From Candidatus Bathyarchaeia archaeon (GTDB lineage: Archaea; Thermoproteota; CALKCG01; B24), in NCBI GenBank assembly GCA_038870975.1, contig JAVZJD010000002.1, positions 224,001 to 288,000 on the forward strand: a stretch of DNA of 64,000 nt, given 5' to 3'. Each line of letters starts with the position of its first letter. The stretch's first letter is position 1. The position numbers were made by a program, and so were the translations under genes. The notes beneath the pieces are model-generated. The model was not told where the DNA came from. It did not search any database and saw nothing but the letters and a program-made list of their open reading frames with translations. Of the stretch, positions 62,021-64,000 are shown piece by piece.

Positions 62021-62479
62021 TTAGAGCATTCTCTTTATCAAGGAAACTATATCCGAACCCCAGTCGCCGAAACTACCCTCGGGATATGGTTTTTTAATCG
62101 ATTTATATCCTTTACTCGGTGGATTTAAACGGAATGTTTTTTTAAGCTTCGGAATATCTTTAAAAGATACCTTACCATTGTATAGAGCTTCAGCAAGCGA
62201 GTCTATTGAATTGAACCCGAGGATTTTAACGTTCTCCTCATTAAGCCTACCAACTCCCTCTATCTCACCTCTCTTCCTTAAGAGCTCTTTAAATGTTTCC
62301 AAGTCTATTGTACCATAGGCTATGTAATGCCTCACCTTTCTTATCATTGCCATGTAGGGTTCAGTATTTGGCAATACAACGCAGTGATTGGGCCTTCCTA
62401 GGTTAAGTCGCTTAAGGGTTTCAGCGAAATCTCGCCTAGTATTCACAGTCCCTCTGATTCTAACAACAGCTATCAACAT
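62021..62479 (-). CDS. rpl30: 50S ribosomal protein uL30
   Basis: AVVRIRG, FRLNPP.KG. Confidence 0.93.
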   Translation of the reverse strand: MLIAVVRIRGTVNTRRDFAETLKRLNLGRPNHCVVLPNTEPYMAMIRKVRHYIAYGTIDLETFKELLRKRGEIEGVGRLNEENVKILGFNSIDSLAEALYNGKVSFKDIPKLKKTFRLNPPSKGYKSIKKPYPEGSFGDWGSDIVSLIKRML

Positions 62480-62489
62480 TAAACCTCCC

Positions 62490-63116
62490 TTAACGTTTCG
62501 GCATGGCTAATTCGCATGTACTTTTGAGGGCTTCAAAAGTAGCTTTTATTAAAGAAGAATGGGTCCTAGTGGAGCCAGAGGTTCTAACCCAACAGTCCTT
62601 TATACCAGCTAATCTCAGTAGAGTTCTGGTGATGTCGCCAGCCACCAACCCTAAGCCCTTGGGAGCAGGTATAAGGACTACGAAAACACCTCCACATCTA
62701 CCTTCAACTCTAAACGGTAGTGAATGTGGGGCACCGCAATCACATTCCCATGAGCCACATCCCCGTTTGATGAGGCTCATGTTTAATTTAGCATCTTTGA
62801 TAGCCTTTTGAAAAGCCACTCTCCACTGAGTGGCTTTTCCAAAACCCACCCCCAAATGGCCATTCATATCTCCAGATGCGACAATAACTCTAAACCTCGA
62901 CCTCTCACCCGCATCCGTCTGTTTTTGAACAAAAGCCGTATCTAAGACTTCATGACTTAAGTTGGGAAGGAGAACATCAATTATTTCTGGCTCTCTAATC
63001 TTGTATCCGTTTCTGAAAATCTCTTCAATAGAGGTTATTTTCCCCTCCAACACTAGCTTACCTAGAGTTGTTTTAGGAGTCCAACCCTCTGTAACATTGG
63101 CGCTCGTTTCAGCCAA
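62490..63116 (-). CDS. rps5: 30S ribosomal protein uS5
   Basis: WTPKTTLG, RGCGSWEC, PAPKGLGLVAG. Confidence 0.97.
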   Translation of the reverse strand: MAETSANVTEGWTPKTTLGKLVLEGKITSIEEIFRNGYKIREPEIIDVLLPNLSHEVLDTAFVQKQTDAGERSRFRVIVASGDMNGHLGVGFGKATQWRVAFQKAIKDAKLNMSLIKRGCGSWECDCGAPHSLPFRVEGRCGGVFVVLIPAPKGLGLVAGDITRTLLRLAGIKDCWVRTSGSTRTHSSLIKATFEALKSTCELAMPKR

Positions 63117-63117
63117 G

Positions 63118-63711
63118 TTAAACCCCTCCGTAAGTTTTCAGAATCTTATTCTTAACCTCGTTAAAGTGCATTTCAATTGATTCCGCATCCAAACCCTTCT
63201 TTAAATAGCTTGAGAATACTCTCTTATAAAGCTCTGGATTTTCACTTTTAAGTTTACTAGCGTATTCTGCAATATGTTTACCAGAAATTCTGTCATAACC
63301 TGGAAGTATTTCTTCTCCATGTGGAATGTCAAGCCCAGCATCTAAAGCACCTTTAAGAGCCGCCGCGATACGGCCTCCTTTAGTAGGCTTAAAAATACCT
63401 GCGTCGAGAACAGCTCTACGTATACCGATCTTCTTACACTTTAAACCAGCCAATAGACCAGTTAGATAAGCAACAGGAGAATTATTTCCATGTCCAAGCC
63501 AACCGAAGTCTCTTGTAACCTCTTTGCTATGAGCCGATGCAAGTACATGATCGCCTTCAAGTCTCGCTTCAACAACCTGAACAATAATGTTTTTTGATGT
63601 TCTTCTAACAACAAATCTAGGTAAACCGGACAATAGGAGCCTTTTTCTACGTCTATAGTCTGTTCTAAATTGAAGTCTCCTTTTTAAAGGAAATTTACGT
63701 ATCTTATTCAT
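63118..63711 (-). CDS. rpl18: 50S ribosomal protein uL18
   Basis: TDYRRRKRLL, AYLTGLL, GLDIPH. Confidence 0.95.
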   Translation of the reverse strand: MNKIRKFPLKRRLQFRTDYRRRKRLLLSGLPRFVVRRTSKNIIVQVVEARLEGDHVLASAHSKEVTRDFGWLGHGNNSPVAYLTGLLAGLKCKKIGIRRAVLDAGIFKPTKGGRIAAALKGALDAGLDIPHGEEILPGYDRISGKHIAEYASKLKSENPELYKRVFSSYLKKGLDAESIEMHFNEVKNKILKTYGGV

Positions 63712-64000
63712 TTGAACCTCCTTCTAGCTAGGTTATTAACCTCTATATACCGTTTCAAAGATGCCACACTGGCGAAGGATCCTCCTTTAGCTTTAAGGTA
63801 GAGGTCTCTATAGACTTTCCTAGTTATTATTCGTCTATCCCTTAAGTATCTGAGAAAACTCCTCAACGCTCTAATCTTAGCAGGCCATAGATTCTCCATA
63901 CTCAACCTGGCCTTTAAAGCCCCCTTTTTACTACCAGGTCCTCTTCTTTTACCTCTCCTTGCTCTAACCCTTACACGACTTGTGCCCTTCTCAGGTCTCT
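63708..64000 (-). CDS. rpl19e: 50S ribosomal protein eL19, 5' end outside window
   Basis: KGTSR...GKRRGPGSKKG...IRALR...YRDLYLKAKGG. Confidence 0.95.
   Translation of the reverse strand, partial: RPEKGTSRVRVRARRGKRRGPGSKKGALKARLSMENLWPAKIRALRSFLRYLRDRRIITRKVYRDLYLKAKGGSFASVASLKRYIEVNNLARRRFK

Overview
Archaeal chromosomal window from a thermophilic, probably anaerobic TACK-type lineage. Supporting markers are reverse gyrase, archaeal r-proteins L14e/L18e/L19e/L34e, rpoD/rpoN, deoxyhypusine synthase and a tungsten AOR. A Bathyarchaeia-like affiliation is only an inference from gene content and an integrase remnant. The left part holds housekeeping and metabolic genes (purB, tldD/pmbA, ilvE, rgy, pth2, RACo, DHS, AOR, GH4) plus a patch of decayed toxin-antitoxin genes. 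The middle is a complete aspartate-to-EPSP operon using the archaeal DKFP shikimate route. The right part is the archaeal ribosomal superoperon (L19e...secY...cbf5...S13...S2), interrupted by several insertions. Main signals: (1) a 17-nt bulge-helix-bulge/loop intron splitting the catalytic Asp codon of cbf5; (2) an apparently leaderless 24-aa Phe/Tyr-rich uORF directly ahead of the aromatic amino acid operon, a candidate leader peptide; (3) aroA with no canonical start codon, implying CTG initiation or TGA read-through from aroK; (4) rps11 inverted in place inside the S13-S4-S11-rpoD cluster. No tRNA, rRNA or CRISPR array was recognised.
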